Origin: Moniliella sp. 'wahieum'
Lineage: Eukaryota
Assembly: GCA_003971905.1 (NCBI GenBank)
Contig: RSEE01000035.1
Location: 186,001-250,000 of the forward strand
Direction of reading: 5' to 3'
DNA length: 64,000 bases
Shown: one piece after another, positions 25,126 through 38,890 of the stretch
Position numbering within the stretch: the first letter of the stretch is position 1
Layout: every line of letters starts with the position of its first letter
The notes under the pieces: generated by a model
Database searches by the model: none
What the model was told of the DNA's origin: nothing
The model's input: only the letters and a program-made list of their open reading frames with translations
Translations under genes and position numbers: made by a program

Positions 25126-27528
25126 ATGTCGGCTACTCTTGCCGGCCTTTCTCTCCAAGACCGACACAGCCTGGCCGAGTACACTCATGTACTTGATGAA
25201 AAAGCAGTGAAATCGGACGAGATTGTCATTCCCGCCTTCAATCGTACCTTGTCGCACGACCGTATCGCGCGGGGCCTCGAGTACCACGGTTTCCACGGTG
25301 CATCCCTTGAGGAGTACCACTACTGGGCCCGTGTCCAGCGTGAGGAAGAAGAGGAGGACTATCGCAACGGTATCCGGGGAACCACCCGGCCGTGGAGCTG
25401 GTCCGTCAGTTTACCAAGAAACGGGCCACGCCCACGCGAGCAGCTGCAGCGCTCGACGAACCTCCTGACGAGAAAGAAATGGGAAAGCCCGAGGTAACCA
25501 TGACTACCGATCTGACTGCCACCTCCCCCCAGTACGAAGGACTCCCCCCTGAGGTGGTCCATGACCTCGACCTCCATCGTGCTCTCCGTCTCACGGGCGT
25601 CAGCAGTGTGTTTGCCCTTATTGTCACGGACATTTTCGGTCCAGTTACGTCACCTTACGCCCAGTCCCAAGTCGGCCTTGTTCCTGGAACAATCTCTATG
25701 TTGTGGTACGTTTTCTGTGGAAATCCCTCACAATCCCCTCAGGGCATCTCACAAAAGATATTTAGTACGCCGTGTGACGAAGTCGCGATGCTGACCTCCA
25801 CTGTACATTTTTGTTGGCAGATGGGCGTGTTGGCAGCTTTAAGTGGATGGCTGCTGCAGGTATGCTTCTGTGCACTGGATTCATCTCGGTTCCCTGTGCG
25901 CACGTATTCCGACATGGCAGAACGTCTCATTGGTCCTTGGTTCCGGCACCTGATCAGCATCCTCCAAGCCATTCAGCTTGTGTTCATGGTCGCAACCATC
26001 ATTCTTAGCTGTGGCATGGGCTTAGTCCAGGTACGTTTTCTTCTTCTCTCTCGATTGGTACAAGGAAAATGATCGAATCCTGACTTTGAATTCGATACGT
26101 GTCCAGCTCATTACCAACACGCCTGGCCACACGCTATGCTTCACCGTGGGTGTCCTGGTGTGGGCCTTGGTCGGAATTGCAGTCACACGTTCGTCATCCC
26201 TCTCTCCTCCCCTTCTCTTTCAATGCTAGAGCTCAGGTATTGACCTCTTATTCCTATTTCAGAGATCCGCACGCTCCGCGGCATGTCGTTGGCGTCCAAC
26301 GTTGCGGTGATTCTCAACTTGCTCGTCGTATTTGTCACCATGGGAGTAATTCGCAACGAAGGCCCCGATTGGACTGCCGTATGAACAATGGTCTTTCGTC
26401 TGACTCGGCGCCCAAACCCATCGTCGTCGTGGCCTTTGCCCATGGCGATCTGCCAAGCAAGATCAACAGTATCAATAACATGGTTTTTGCTGTGAGTGCA
26501 GCGGGTCCCAAATCGGGAGAGGCATATATTAGCCTCACCAACCTCCCCCCCTCCCCCGAGCCCTAAGGGCCGAGTCTCCTCTTTGTCTTTTCGCGCTTGT
26601 CTCTCACCCTCTTCAACGGTTTGGCTAACACATCCTTTTTTTGATGGTACAGTACGCAGGAGCCATGGTGTTTATTGAGATGATGGCCGAGATGCGTCAG
26701 CCACGGGACTTTTACAAGGGCTGTTTCATGGCTCAGACGCTGATCTTGGTCATTTACCTCATTATTCCATCTTCTTCTACTGCTACTCGGGCCAATGGAC
26801 TCTACCACTGTCCTTCCAAGGCATAGCTGCCGGCAGAGCTCGCGACTTGTGCAACGTCCTTAGTATCATCACTTCGGTTGCTGCTACGTCCATCTACGCG
26901 TCCGTTGACATCAAAACCTCGTATATTGGCCTTGTTGAGGACCTCTTCCATGGGCCAAAGCTAACCACACGTGTGGGTAAGTGATGCCACCTTTCACCTC
27001 GCAAACACGAGGCTTGATATTTTGCGAGAATATTATATGCTGACCACCTTTCATTGTTTTCGCTTCATGCCAGGTTGGTGGTTATGGATTCCCTGGTCGA
27101 CAATGTACTGGGTGCTGAGCTACGTGATTGCCTCGGCCATCCCACAGGTCCAGACCATGGCGGGAATCATCAGTGCCATCGCGATTGTCAATTTCAGCTA
27201 CTCATTCCCCTTTACCTTTGCGCTGGCTTGGTGGATGCACTATGACGCTATGGCCGGGGATGGTGAATTCACCCCGTACGCTGGCGTCAAGCGGGTGGAC
27301 AGCTGGCGCATGTGGTCTCGTTGGCGCCGGGGATTCTTCAGTGGCCACTGCCGTTTGGGAGGCTTGATGATCTCCTCAGTCGTGCCCAAGGCTGCGCTGT
27401 TGACCTTGGCCCTGGCTTCGTTCACCATGTCTGGTTTGGGCATGTACGGCTCCGGTGAAGCTATCAAGCAAACGTTCCACACGGGCGGGGCCACTGGTAC
27501 CTCTTTTGGCTGCGCCTCTCCCGTCTAA
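25126..27528 (+). CDS. Amino-acid transporter (Aa_trans/AAAP family, neutral amino-acid permease-like)
   Basis: Motifs VFALIVTDIFGP..PYA, LDSSRFPVRTYSDMAERLIG and YAGAMVFIEMMAEMRQPRDF; multiple TM segments; about 5 GT-AG introns (e.g. 25706-25820, 26031-26106, 26492-26652, 26977-27073). Confidence 0.88.
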
Positions 27529-27966
27529 AATGAGGTGAGTGGCAACGGTCACTCCTACCGGCCCGTATATGACTACTGCCTCCCGTTCTCCGCTCCCTTT
27601 CTCGCGTGTTAGATTTCCTCCATCCTTTTCCTAAGTGTTAGTAATGCTTCCCCTCGCTACCCCCACACCTGGCTTCCATTTACGGGGCCAGAGGCCTGAC
27701 GATGCTTCTTGTTTCCATATCACGCGCTTGGCCACCATTTTTATGCCGTGTCGCCAGCAAGCTACATAACATAGGAGACTATAGGGGAGCAACTATGGTA
27801 CCCAACAGCAGCACATGAAAGGGGAAGTGCTCATCGGTAGCCCGCACAGGCACCGGGACGCATTTTGATGGAAATTCGGCACCAGACGGGGGCGAGTGCA
27901 GAAATGCAGACATAACAAGCCGGCTAGAGGGAGAGAGGGAGGGAAAGAGCAAAGACGAGTCTCTGC

Positions 27967-28904
27967 TTAGTCGAAGAGACCAAAGCCCATGTCATCGTCG
28001 GACTCCTCCTCCTCCTCCTTCTTCTCCTCGGCAGGGGCCGCCTCGGCAGCACCGCCAGCGGCAGCCACGGGGGCAGCAGCAACGGCGAACGCCTCGGGGT
28101 TGGCAAGGTACTCCTTAGCCTGGGCGGCACCCTCAAAGTCAATGTCGGTCGCCAAGGCAATGGCGATGAGGTCCTTGTAGGTATTAACCAGCGAGTGGGT
28201 GACCGAGACAATGGTGGGGTAGTTGATCGCGAGCGAGATGGAAGCAATCTGGCGCACACCAGCCAGGAACGAGGCAACGAGGTCCTCCTCCTTAACGTCG
28301 AGCACCGAGTTGTCAAACACGTTGCCGTTGTCGTAGATCGAGGTGACGCTCATACCGTAGGTGAAGGGAGAGATGTTGAGCATGTTGAGCAGCGTCGCCT
28401 CCGAAGTGCCGACACGAGTGCCACCCTCCACCACACGGACGTCCGAGACAATCTCAATGGTACCACGGGCAATCTTGGTGGGGATGTTGAGGGCCTGGAA
28501 GAACGAGGTCTTACCGGGCTCCATGCCAGTGTTGCCAGCCTTGACAATCACGTCGGGGGGGCGTAGGCACCAGCACGAGCGGGGGCGGCAACACGGTTCT
28601 CGAGGATCAGGTCACGAACCTCCTTCAGGTCGTCGTTGGTGAAGACAAAGCCAATGTTGCCACGGACAGCAGGCAGGATCTTCTCGTACTGCGGCTTCTC
28701 GCCAACGATCTGGCGGATGGCACGGCGAGCCATGGTGTTCTTGCCCATCAGGACAACAGCCTTGCCACGGAGAGCAGCACGGATCTGGTGCATCTGCTGC
28801 GAGCCGACATTGTCGACATTGACGAAGAAGATCGAGTTGTAAGCCTCGAGCAGCTCGTTGAGCTTGGCAAACCAAGCTTCCTTCTGGCCACGAGTAGCAC
28901 CCAT
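27967..28904 (-). CDS. RPP0: 60S acidic ribosomal protein P0 (uL10)
   Basis: [12 protein letters not shown]...[13 protein letters not shown]...[13 protein letters not shown]. One indel at the G-run near 28555-28561. Probable 5'UTR intron 29078-28982. Confidence 0.98.
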
Positions 28905-29078
28905 TTTTGTGTTGGGAATAGACGAAAGGTTAAGTGAGAGGGAAAGAGCCACCGATGACTTCGGAGAATCAGGGACCTTTACTGCACAGATCGACACGAT
29001 GTCAGGACCAGCAAGGATGAGTGTTGGCAGGCACGCCAACAAAGCGTAGCGATATCGACACAAGGAAGATATACTTAC

Positions 29079-29941
<863 letters not shown>

Positions 29942-30144
29942 GCGTGGCGCTGTTGCGCCGCCCATGCCTATGCATTCTATGCGTTCGTACCTCTTAGTGT
30001 CTTTTGGGTGCGTGTCCTCGATAGCTGCCGGCGCCGTAGTTTTTGCAGGCCTCGGTTGGGCGGCTGCGCAGCACCACCACAGTCGATGGCAGTAGGGTTG
30101 CGGGTGGTTATGTCAGCACGTGCTGGTGCGTCGACAGAGGGGTG

Positions 30145-31630
30145 ATGCGATGCGCCACGATCTTATCACGCACTGCCACCCGTTTAAGCACCGCCCCACC
30201 ACCTCCACCTCCACCTCCACTGGCACCCGCGCCAGCCGCCCAGCGCCCTTCGCGCGCCTGCCCCTTCTCCTCTCGGTGGCGTGCCCCCCCGCCCGAGCCT
30301 GGCCCACTGCCGTCGATGCCCACCGTCCAGAGCCTGCGGGCGTCGCTGACACAGCTGGGCTACAGTCCGTCTGGCAACAAGGACACGCTGCGGCAGCGCC
30401 TGCGCAAGGCTCGGCGCGCTGCCCCCAACCCCTCGTCCGAAGCGGGCGCAGACGTGGATCCAGACACGGACGCTGCGTCTGCTCGCTCTCCCTTTTCCCT
30501 CAAGCTCAAGCAGCCCTTGGACTCCCACCGTCCACACCTTTCTCGTTGCGGACATTGAAGCGACCTGTGAGCGCACGCGCCACCCGCCTCCACCCGATGT
30601 GCGAAACGCCAAGCTCTTCAAGCAAACCTTACCTGGCTTTGACTACCCAAATGAGAGTACGTGACCCCCCCCCCCTTTGTCGGGCGTACTGATCTGTGCC
30701 TTTCACAGTCATTGAGTTCCCCGTCGTGGTGTTGCAGTGGCAACGACAGACGCGCGAGTATGAGGAGGTAGCTCGTTTTCACCGTTTTGTCAAGCCCGTG
30801 TGGAGACCGCAATTGAGCCAGTTCTGCAAACAATTGACCGGGGTGGAACAGGCAGTGATTGATCAAGCGCCCGAATGGCCTGCTGTCGTATGGGGTTGTT
30901 CAACTGGCTCAACACGCTCGGCTTGCTGGAACAGCGATCTCGACATGACGCGCCGGACAAGTACCGCCTGGCCGAAGGCGTGTGCTGGCCACCCATGGAG
31001 CAGAGGACCTCGCAAGCTTTATACCAAACAATGTTGGATCGCTGCCGAGGCATTGAGCTTGCTTCCTGGATTTGGTCCCCGGGGCGCGCGAGGCTTGCCT
31101 CCTCTCTGGCTTCGAGGTCCGTTGCTCGACATTCGCAAAGCCTTCTGTCAGCTGAGCCTCTTGGCTGAAGAAAAGAAAGAGTCGCGCTACTCTCACAAGG
31201 ATCTGACCATTTCGGGTATCCTACGCCACCTGGGCATGGAGTTGAAGGTCGTCCACATTCGGGCATGTGCGACACGGAAAACATTGTTCGTATCCTGGTC
31301 GAGATGGCCCGTCGTGTCCGGGATGGAGGCGCACAGGGTAGATTCCTAGATGGGAACACACCTAATGCTTGCCATTCCCACGCTGCTCGGGACACGACCG
31401 TGGACCTGGCTTTGGAGTTGGAGAATACCCATCTCACCCCGCTGTCCCCCTCCGAGGCGACTACCAGCTCTACCTCGGCAGTGCCAAGTTCGTCAGAGGC
31501 CACGACAGTCCAAGCCGAACCTGCGCTACCTCCTGTATCTCTTTTGCATACCAGCCCTGCTAAGGCCGAGGTGGTGCTCAAGGCTAACACGAACCACAGC
31601 TCCTTTGGCAAACACCGTATTGGTGGATGA
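30145..31630 (+). CDS. ERI1: ERI1-like DEDDh 3'-5' exoribonuclease with a SAP domain
   Basis: SAP motif (TVQSLRASLTQLG.SPSGNKDTLRQRL), ExoI motif FLVADIEATCE, YPNE-IIEFPVV across intron 30657-30708, and FVKP..RPQLSQFCKQLTG. Indels; start uncertain. Confidence 0.82.
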
Positions 31631-32251
31631 AGCGCCCCGGTCAGGTGGACTGGCCTTATCCGCCCGAGCCGTCATGAAGACGGACTATGGAGTACCAGAG
31701 TGGGACACGGCTACTGCCTGGAGACGTTCCAATGTATAAACGCTGGTTTATCCAAACGCTCACATGCCCTGCAGAGGTATCTGGGCCAAGGGAGTCCCAA
31801 TCGAACCAGGCTGCCTCCGCGTCCCCTCATCGACCCTGGAGGCGGATACGATGAAGGTCACTGTGATAGGATGTGCATCTCGGATTCGCAGTGGGTCATG
31901 TATAAGGTAGCTTTTGGTATGGAGCAAGTTGGTCGATACCATAGCTGGTAAGGTGGTTGTGGTAGTAGCTTTCGTTCAACGTTCAGATGGCTATGCCGGC
32001 CACCACTCGCTTGCATCAAGGTTCAACAAAGATGAGAAGCGGATGGGCCTACGGCCCTGAGTCGTCGTAGGCCAACAAGATGCGATACTAGTTACTGACG
32101 ATCGATTATCGAGATATTCATTGTCATAGACCGCTCGATCACGCCTTTGCCCCATCTAGTACCCGAAGGAATGCGATGTATTCCTCGAGCAGAACGGCTA
32201 GCATATGAGGATCATTGACCATCATGAGCGATGACTACTAGTAGCTGCATC

Positions 32252-35200
32252 CTAGTCTACGCTCCATGCTGCCTCGGAGTGTTGGCACAACCACGACAAA
32301 GTATTGGTGTAGTAGCTGTCAGTCCGATCAATGGTAACCGGTAACTCTATCAGGTCTACGATGAACATTGACATGTTTGTACCGTACGGTCCACCAAAGG
32401 AACGAATGAATTGCTGTAGGGCTATGGAACAGCATTGGGGACAAGGACAGGGAAGAGAGGATATCAAGACGAGGGTTGGGGCTGGGGTGGTTGTAGTTGG
32501 GATTGGGTACCGATCCAATCGATCCACAGTCCGGATGATCCGGCCGCAGGCCTCAGGCCACATTGCAGGGGAGAACGAGAGAGTGGGGAGGGAGCGAGTC
32601 CATGGGGAGGCGGCGGGCGGGTCGAGGATTTTTCGAGGGTTATCGAGGGTTATCGATGGGTCGCAGGCCCATGCGTGATCTGGATGCAGTGGGCCCGAGC
32701 AGTGGGTGGCCCATGGGACCAAACCAAAGGGTCCAAAGGGTCCAAAGACGGAGAGAGAGGGGTCGAAAAGAGGTGAGGTGAGGGGGGGGGGGGCTAACGC
32801 TTTCTGGTCTTCACGGTAGCCCCGTGCGCACCGCTGTCGATCGCCGGGCGAGCGAGACGGGGGTGGGAGAGGTGGCGCTGGTAGGGGTGGCGACCAAGGC
32901 TTGACGGCGCCCGCTAAGATCCAAGGATGACGCATGGCCTGTTCGGGTTTCATCCTCGGTCCGGGTCCCAAGCAAGCAGCGCGAGACAAAGTCGATGAAC
33001 AGGTCTTCTTGCGCATGGGCGGCCGCTGGGCTCGACGGAGAAGGACCGCGGGTGCCTAGTCCTTGGCTGGAACGGGAGGGCGTACTGCGCAAGGCTTGGG
33101 CCAAGGTCTTGCTACCCCGTCGGCGACGGTTGCGGCTGCTCTTTACCGGTCGAGGTTGGCCCGCCGGGTCAAAGAAGAACTTTTTGCGCGACGAGCGGTC
33201 GATAGGTATTGTCCGGAATCCCAAATACTTCCATGATACACGCCAGTTGTTCCTGCTCGTTCTCACCTGGGAACAGTAGGCAGCCCGTGTAGAGTTCGGC
33301 AACGATGCACCCTAGACTCCACATATCAATCGCAGTGTGGTAGCTCAGCCCCAAGATCACCTCGGGCGAACGGTAAAAGCGGGATTGAATGTACGTGTAC
33401 ACTCGCTCCGTCTCACGACACGATGAGCCAAAGTCGATTACTTTGATTGCCGACTTGGCCGGATGACAGAGGAGGATGTTCTCAGGCTTCAGATCGCAGT
33501 GGACAACACGGTGTTTGCGCAACAGACACAGCGACGCGAGCACTTGCGTCGTGATCCGTCGAACGAGACGGAGACTCAGGCCGGCAAACCCACTGGCCTT
33601 GATCAGCTCGTAGAGGTTAATGTTGAGCAGCTCTGTCGAGATGCAGAGATGGTCTCGAAAGTAAAACGAGTGGGTCATCTTGATTACGTTGTGCGTATCG
33701 TCCGGATCCCATTCGGTCAGGCGACGCAGAATATCCACTTCCACAACCGCTTGGTGGTGGAAGCGCTTTTTGTTGCGGATCAACTTGATCGCTACCCATT
33801 CCCCTGTCTTGTGGTCCTTGCACCGCAGCACCTGGCCAAACGAGCCGCGGCCCAACAAATCACACCTCGTACCGATACGCCAAGTGGTCATGGGACACTG
33901 CACGGTAGTCCCCCCGATCGTCGTCGTAGCCGTAATTAAACTGGGGTTGATCAAGCGAGGGGATGTACTTGTTGCTCGCGTTTTGACCACAGTAGTAAAA
34001 CGCTTCGTAGTCGTACATTTCTCGAATCTCAAAGTCGTTCAAGTGTGGGCCATACATCACCTCGGCTTGACGTCGCGATAGCGCACGGCAAGGTGCGCTG
34101 GAAGAGGAGGAGAAAGGAGCGCATCAATTTCTTCCTGCGATGCACCCGCTTTCCGTTTCTTGGCTTCGGCCCGACGGACAAAACTAGCCATCTCCTCGTC
34201 CCCAGCGCGTTCATCGGTCCATTGCGAAGGAGGAGGGGGCGTGGTCGAACTGCTGCCCCCGGTACGACTGCTTCCGCGTAAGGCCAAGCCCGGACCTGAG
34301 GACACCAACGGCATGCGCTTCCCGCGCCGTCGCCGCCACAGCAGAAGCAGACGGAACTGCACTAGCTCCAGCCAAGGACAATCGACGTACCCGGGACGAT
34401 CCACCCACTCGGCGCACGGCCGCAGGCGCCGTACGAGTACCCGTCGAGCTCCCCTTGGCCGGACCAAAGTCGCTGTCTAACGTGCTGGATACGGAGGTCG
34501 CAACCCCCGCCGTAGCAACACTTGCATGGCTAGCTTCTTTGTTAGCGTCATGACTTTCCTTCTCCCGAGCAAAGAGGGACTGGAGAATGGAGCGCTCAGA
34601 GGATGTCAGATGGGATGACTGAACCGCTACCCTGGCCCTTCGCATCGCCCCATCAATCTCAGCTTGCGTCTTGGCGGCTGTATAGGCGTTGAGGATGGAC
34701 AAAATGGGGTTTGAGGTGGTTGCGGAGGTGGAGGCAGATGCGGCGCGGTTTCGATCTTGGGCGAAACTAACAGGGACGAAGCGGATGCGGAGCTGGGCAG
34801 AGAAGGTCGTACTGTTGGCGAATTCAGGTAGAGGGGGGCGCGTAGAAGAAGGGCGACCCAATCCGTCGGACGACGGCTCACCTTCTGATCGTCGCTCTAG
34901 TACGCGAGATAAACGTACAGCTGTAGAAGACAACATCTCCTGTTTTTCCTCGTGGGTATGGTGCGAAGGGACGAAACGGAGGGACGCATTAGGGAGTTTG
35001 TGCGGGGCCAAGTGTTCCTCACCTCGTCCTTCTCCTTCTCCCTCTTTTCGCCTCTCCTTCTCCTTCTCCATCTCCTTCTCTTTCGCCTTCTCCCGCTCTC
35101 GCTCTCGCTCCCGCTCCCGCTCCGCATACTTCAACGACCCAATTGCGCGGGGAATGCGCGACGGTCCTCGCGCCCCACTGCCTACCGAGTACTTGGACCC

Positions 35201-37801
35201 GCTCCCCGACGCGATCGGCACACCAAATTGAGATACCCCCTCCCGACCCGAGTTGGCACTCGCACCACATCACGGGGTACCCCGACGCAGGTCGGCGCCC
35301 AACGGGTTCGGTATGCGACGCACCACCACTTCCATCCTCCTGCACCGTCGAACACGGTACAGGCGCGTTTAAGCTCGAGGCTGAACTGGCATGAGCCAAC
35401 CGGCGCGCCGGACCCGTCGGATCCGTAGAACCGGCGGCACCGGCGGTACCTGTGGAACCGGTCGTACCACGCTGCGACGGGCTGGGGGAAAAGACGGATG
35501 GCCGTGGGGGAAGGAGGCAACCGCGCCATTGTCAGAGGGGGCAACATCGGTGCGGCCACCGGCTTGCCAGGGGATCGTCCGGGTAACGTCTGGTCCAAAG
35601 ATGTCATGCCGCGTTAGCGTCCTTTCGCTCAATCTTTCTTCTTTGTAGGGGTAGGGACGGGAGGAAGAGGAAGAGGAAGACGAAAGAGACGAAGGAGAGG
35701 AGGAGTACGTACCGTCGTTCTCTTTCGGATCGATTCGGACGTACGGCGAGGTATGCGAGGGAGGTTGGGGGATTTGGGAGATTTGATGAGTTGGGAGGCT
35801 GGGGAGGGCGATGCAGATGGGTTCGTTCTTCTTCACTTGGCATGGGATCGTGGGAGTGCGGCGGGTGGTACCTGCGTGGGTGGCGCTCCGGAACGAGGGG
35901 GAACAAGAACCAGTAAGTGAGAGACCCAAGGGCGTCAACCCCTTCTTCCGTCCAATGTACTGGTGCGAGACGAGAACGGGACCTGGTTCGCCACCGGATG
36001 CACTACGATGGGTACGGGGGGAGAAGATTCCTTTCACAAGGTCGAGCTTGCTCACGCTGCCGCGGTGGGACAGACGTGGGAGAAGTAAGACCCGATTGGG
36101 CAGGGCCAAGCTCGGCTGTCAGGCCAGGTCCCGACCCAGATCCGGATGCTGCGGTAAAAGCCATTAAGGGGGGGCAAGGGGCCTGGTCGTCGGTGTGGCG
36201 ATGAGCCCGAAGAGCTCGTAGGGGACAGGTCATGAACACGCTGAGAGGGATGCGGCTTGGTCCACCTTTCTGATCGTTCTGATCCTTCCCATCCTCTGAT
36301 CCTTCCGATCCTTCCGATCCCTCGGATCGGGAGGGAGGGAGGGAAGTGGATCCAGCCAACGGAACAAAGGATTGCGACTGGAATTGAGACTGGGCAGACC
36401 CAGACTGGGACAGGAGACCTGGGATGCTCAGCGCCGCTGCCGCCCCGACCCATGCGAGGTAGGATCTACACTCGGGGCGGTTGTTGTGGTTGTGGTGGTT
36501 GTGTGGTAGGTGGGTGGGTATGCTGGATCGGCTTATGGGGTGGACAGGGGGTGAGGAAGAGCCAGGGGCTAGGGCGGGGGGAGGGGGAGGGCCTGTGCCG
36601 TTTGTCAAGCTAGTGCCCGACGCGACACTGCCACCCACGGCAGTGGGGCCCGATGACACAGAGCGAGACGGCGAATGGGACTGGTTCGGCGGATGGGAGC
36701 CGGGAGAGCGGAAGAGGAGGCGGACGCGGGGGCGGTGGAACGTGGAGCCAAGGCAGGTCCTGTGGATGTGGGTGCGGATGCGGATGCGGATGCGGATGTG
36801 GAAGGGGCTGTGGCGGGGCCGGCTAGGGGTAGGGAAGTAAGTTGGCCCAGAGGACGAGGGCGCGCAGCCAAGCTGGTCCGCAGCCGAGGAAGTTTGCCCG
36901 AATGGACGGCCGCCGGTTTGGTCGAGGCCATTGACGCCGTGTGGAGGCCGATAGGGACGAAGGGTGGGTGGCGGGTGCGGGTGGGACGGGATCAGGGATC
37001 CCTCGCCTGGAGCCGACGTTTGGCACCGACTGGAGGTAACCCAGGATGGGAGATCGATCCAGCCGGCTTGGAACTACTGGCCACCCTAGGCGAGCCGATT
37101 CCTTCGCTAGAGCCTATACTCCCTGACCCTGACCGCCGAGCGCCGGGGTGGAAGGTGTCGAGCGCAGCGCGGTTTCGTGCCCTGGGCACGCGTCGTGGCC
37201 GACGCGCCAACCGACGTGCCGGCTGAGGTGGGGGGGCTCTCCACCGCCCGCGCCTTCGAGGCCCGGGTAGAAGCAGCAAAGTGGCCCGGAGGCGGCCGAC
37301 CCACAGAGACAGCCGTTTGACTCTCACACTTGGCTCGCTGCCGGCCTCCATCGCACTGCCCGCGCGCGGTGGAAGAAGACAGCGTGCCTGTCATTGTCTT
37401 GCGTCGGCTGATGGAGGGAGGGGTGGGAGGGGTGGATCGAAGATCCAGCGACATGGGACTTGACGACCGAGTTGGTCCTGCCTGGTACACGCTTCGTATG
37501 GGTCAGGGGGAACGCTGGGACGGCCATTGCCTCGGCTGCGCTGGGCGAGAGTGGGGGAGGGGGAAGAGTGGCGGCAGCACGAGAGGGAGGTGATGGGATG
37601 CCTATGTTGTTGGTCCTTGCGCCTTCCGAGGGGGCAGGAACAGAGGTCCGGGTGCGGTCGCTCTTGTTGGAAGGGGACAAGAAAGGGAGCAGCTTCTGTT
37701 CCCGTTCCTGCTCCTCGTCGTCCTGCGCGGCCTGCTGTGGGGCAGGGGAGTGTTCGAGGATGGCGCTAAGCAGGTCCGGTGCGTCCGATTGCACCAGCCA
37801 T
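32252..37801 (-). CDS. DYRK-family (class 2/Pom1-like) dual-specificity kinase with a long low-complexity N-terminus; ends approximate
   Basis: DH box [40 protein letters not shown] and [20 protein letters not shown] (about 33000-34000). Upstream Ser/Pro-rich ORF fragments are linked by indels. Confidence 0.85.
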
Positions 37802-38890
37802 CGCGCGCAGGGGCGCGAGGCTCGGCGCTGGCGGCGTCGGGATGGGGGGGGCGCTGGGGGCGGGCAGGGCCGGGCGGAGGCGCAGGGGCGCCGAGGGGGG
37901 GCGAGGCGGGGTGGCGGGCGCAGGCGGAGGGCGCATGGGGCGCGGGACGCATGTACGCGGGCGACGGAGCAGAGCCAAGCGGCGCTCCGCTCCGCCGGCC
38001 GACACCGCCCGCCCGCCTGCCCGTCGCCGTCGCCCGTCGCGCGTCAGACGCACCTCGGACGAAGCGCCGCCTAACCCCCGCCTAACCTCCCCCACACTGC
38101 CCCGTGCCCCCGCCCGCCCTCAAATCTCAATCTCAATTCTTACGTCTCCAGCGTCCATTCCTGGTCAGCCCCTCGCAAACGACTCACATACGCATTGTCT
38201 ATTCCACACAGCAGAGAACAAACGAAGGAGGACATGTATCGAGTACCGAGTGTCCAGTGCTATGTGCGCACACCAAGAACGTGGGCCAGCCACCTTCCTA
38301 CCCAAGCGCCAGCGATGGAGCGCGCCCCAGGCAGCACCGCGGCAACAGCAAAAAGGGAAAACAACGAGTGGGCATGCCAGGTCCAACGCAGGTGTTAGTA
38401 GGCGCCGGTACCAAGCCCCAGAGAACCCAGAAAGAAGTAGATAAAACCTAGGGCCCAGACAGCGCTCTCGGCGTACGGCACAGTAGGCTGAAAAGCGCTA
38501 CGGCGTCCTTGTTGGCAGTTCAGTATGACCATCGGTCAGGGCAAGTGGAGACCACCACTCTGGGCGGGCAGCAGAGCAACAGGACGGGATCCCATCCGAA
38601 CAGCTGACACGGACGGCCAACATGATGAACCTAGTCCTGTTCCGATCCTTTCGGGGTCGAAGCACATGGAGGCGTGCCGCTCTTCCCCAACACGCCTAGG
38701 TCCAGGTCTCGGCCTATGTCCACCCCTCCGCCCAGAGTGGAAAGAGGTACGTGTGTGTGCTGCGGTTGCGCGGATACGTCGGCTCCCTCGGGCTGCCAGA
38801 GCGGTAGGGAACCAGCGAGCCTGCCTTCTTCTGGGATTGCGCCTGCTGTGCCCGCCTGGGGCACCGAGCACGATGGAATCACAGTGCTCA

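Noticed and set aside
27967..28904. Programmed frameshifting or pseudogene status for RPP0 and the other broken genes
   Set aside because: Indels affect most long genes, including essential ones, often at homopolymers and without other signs of decay. Sequencing error is the simplest explanation.
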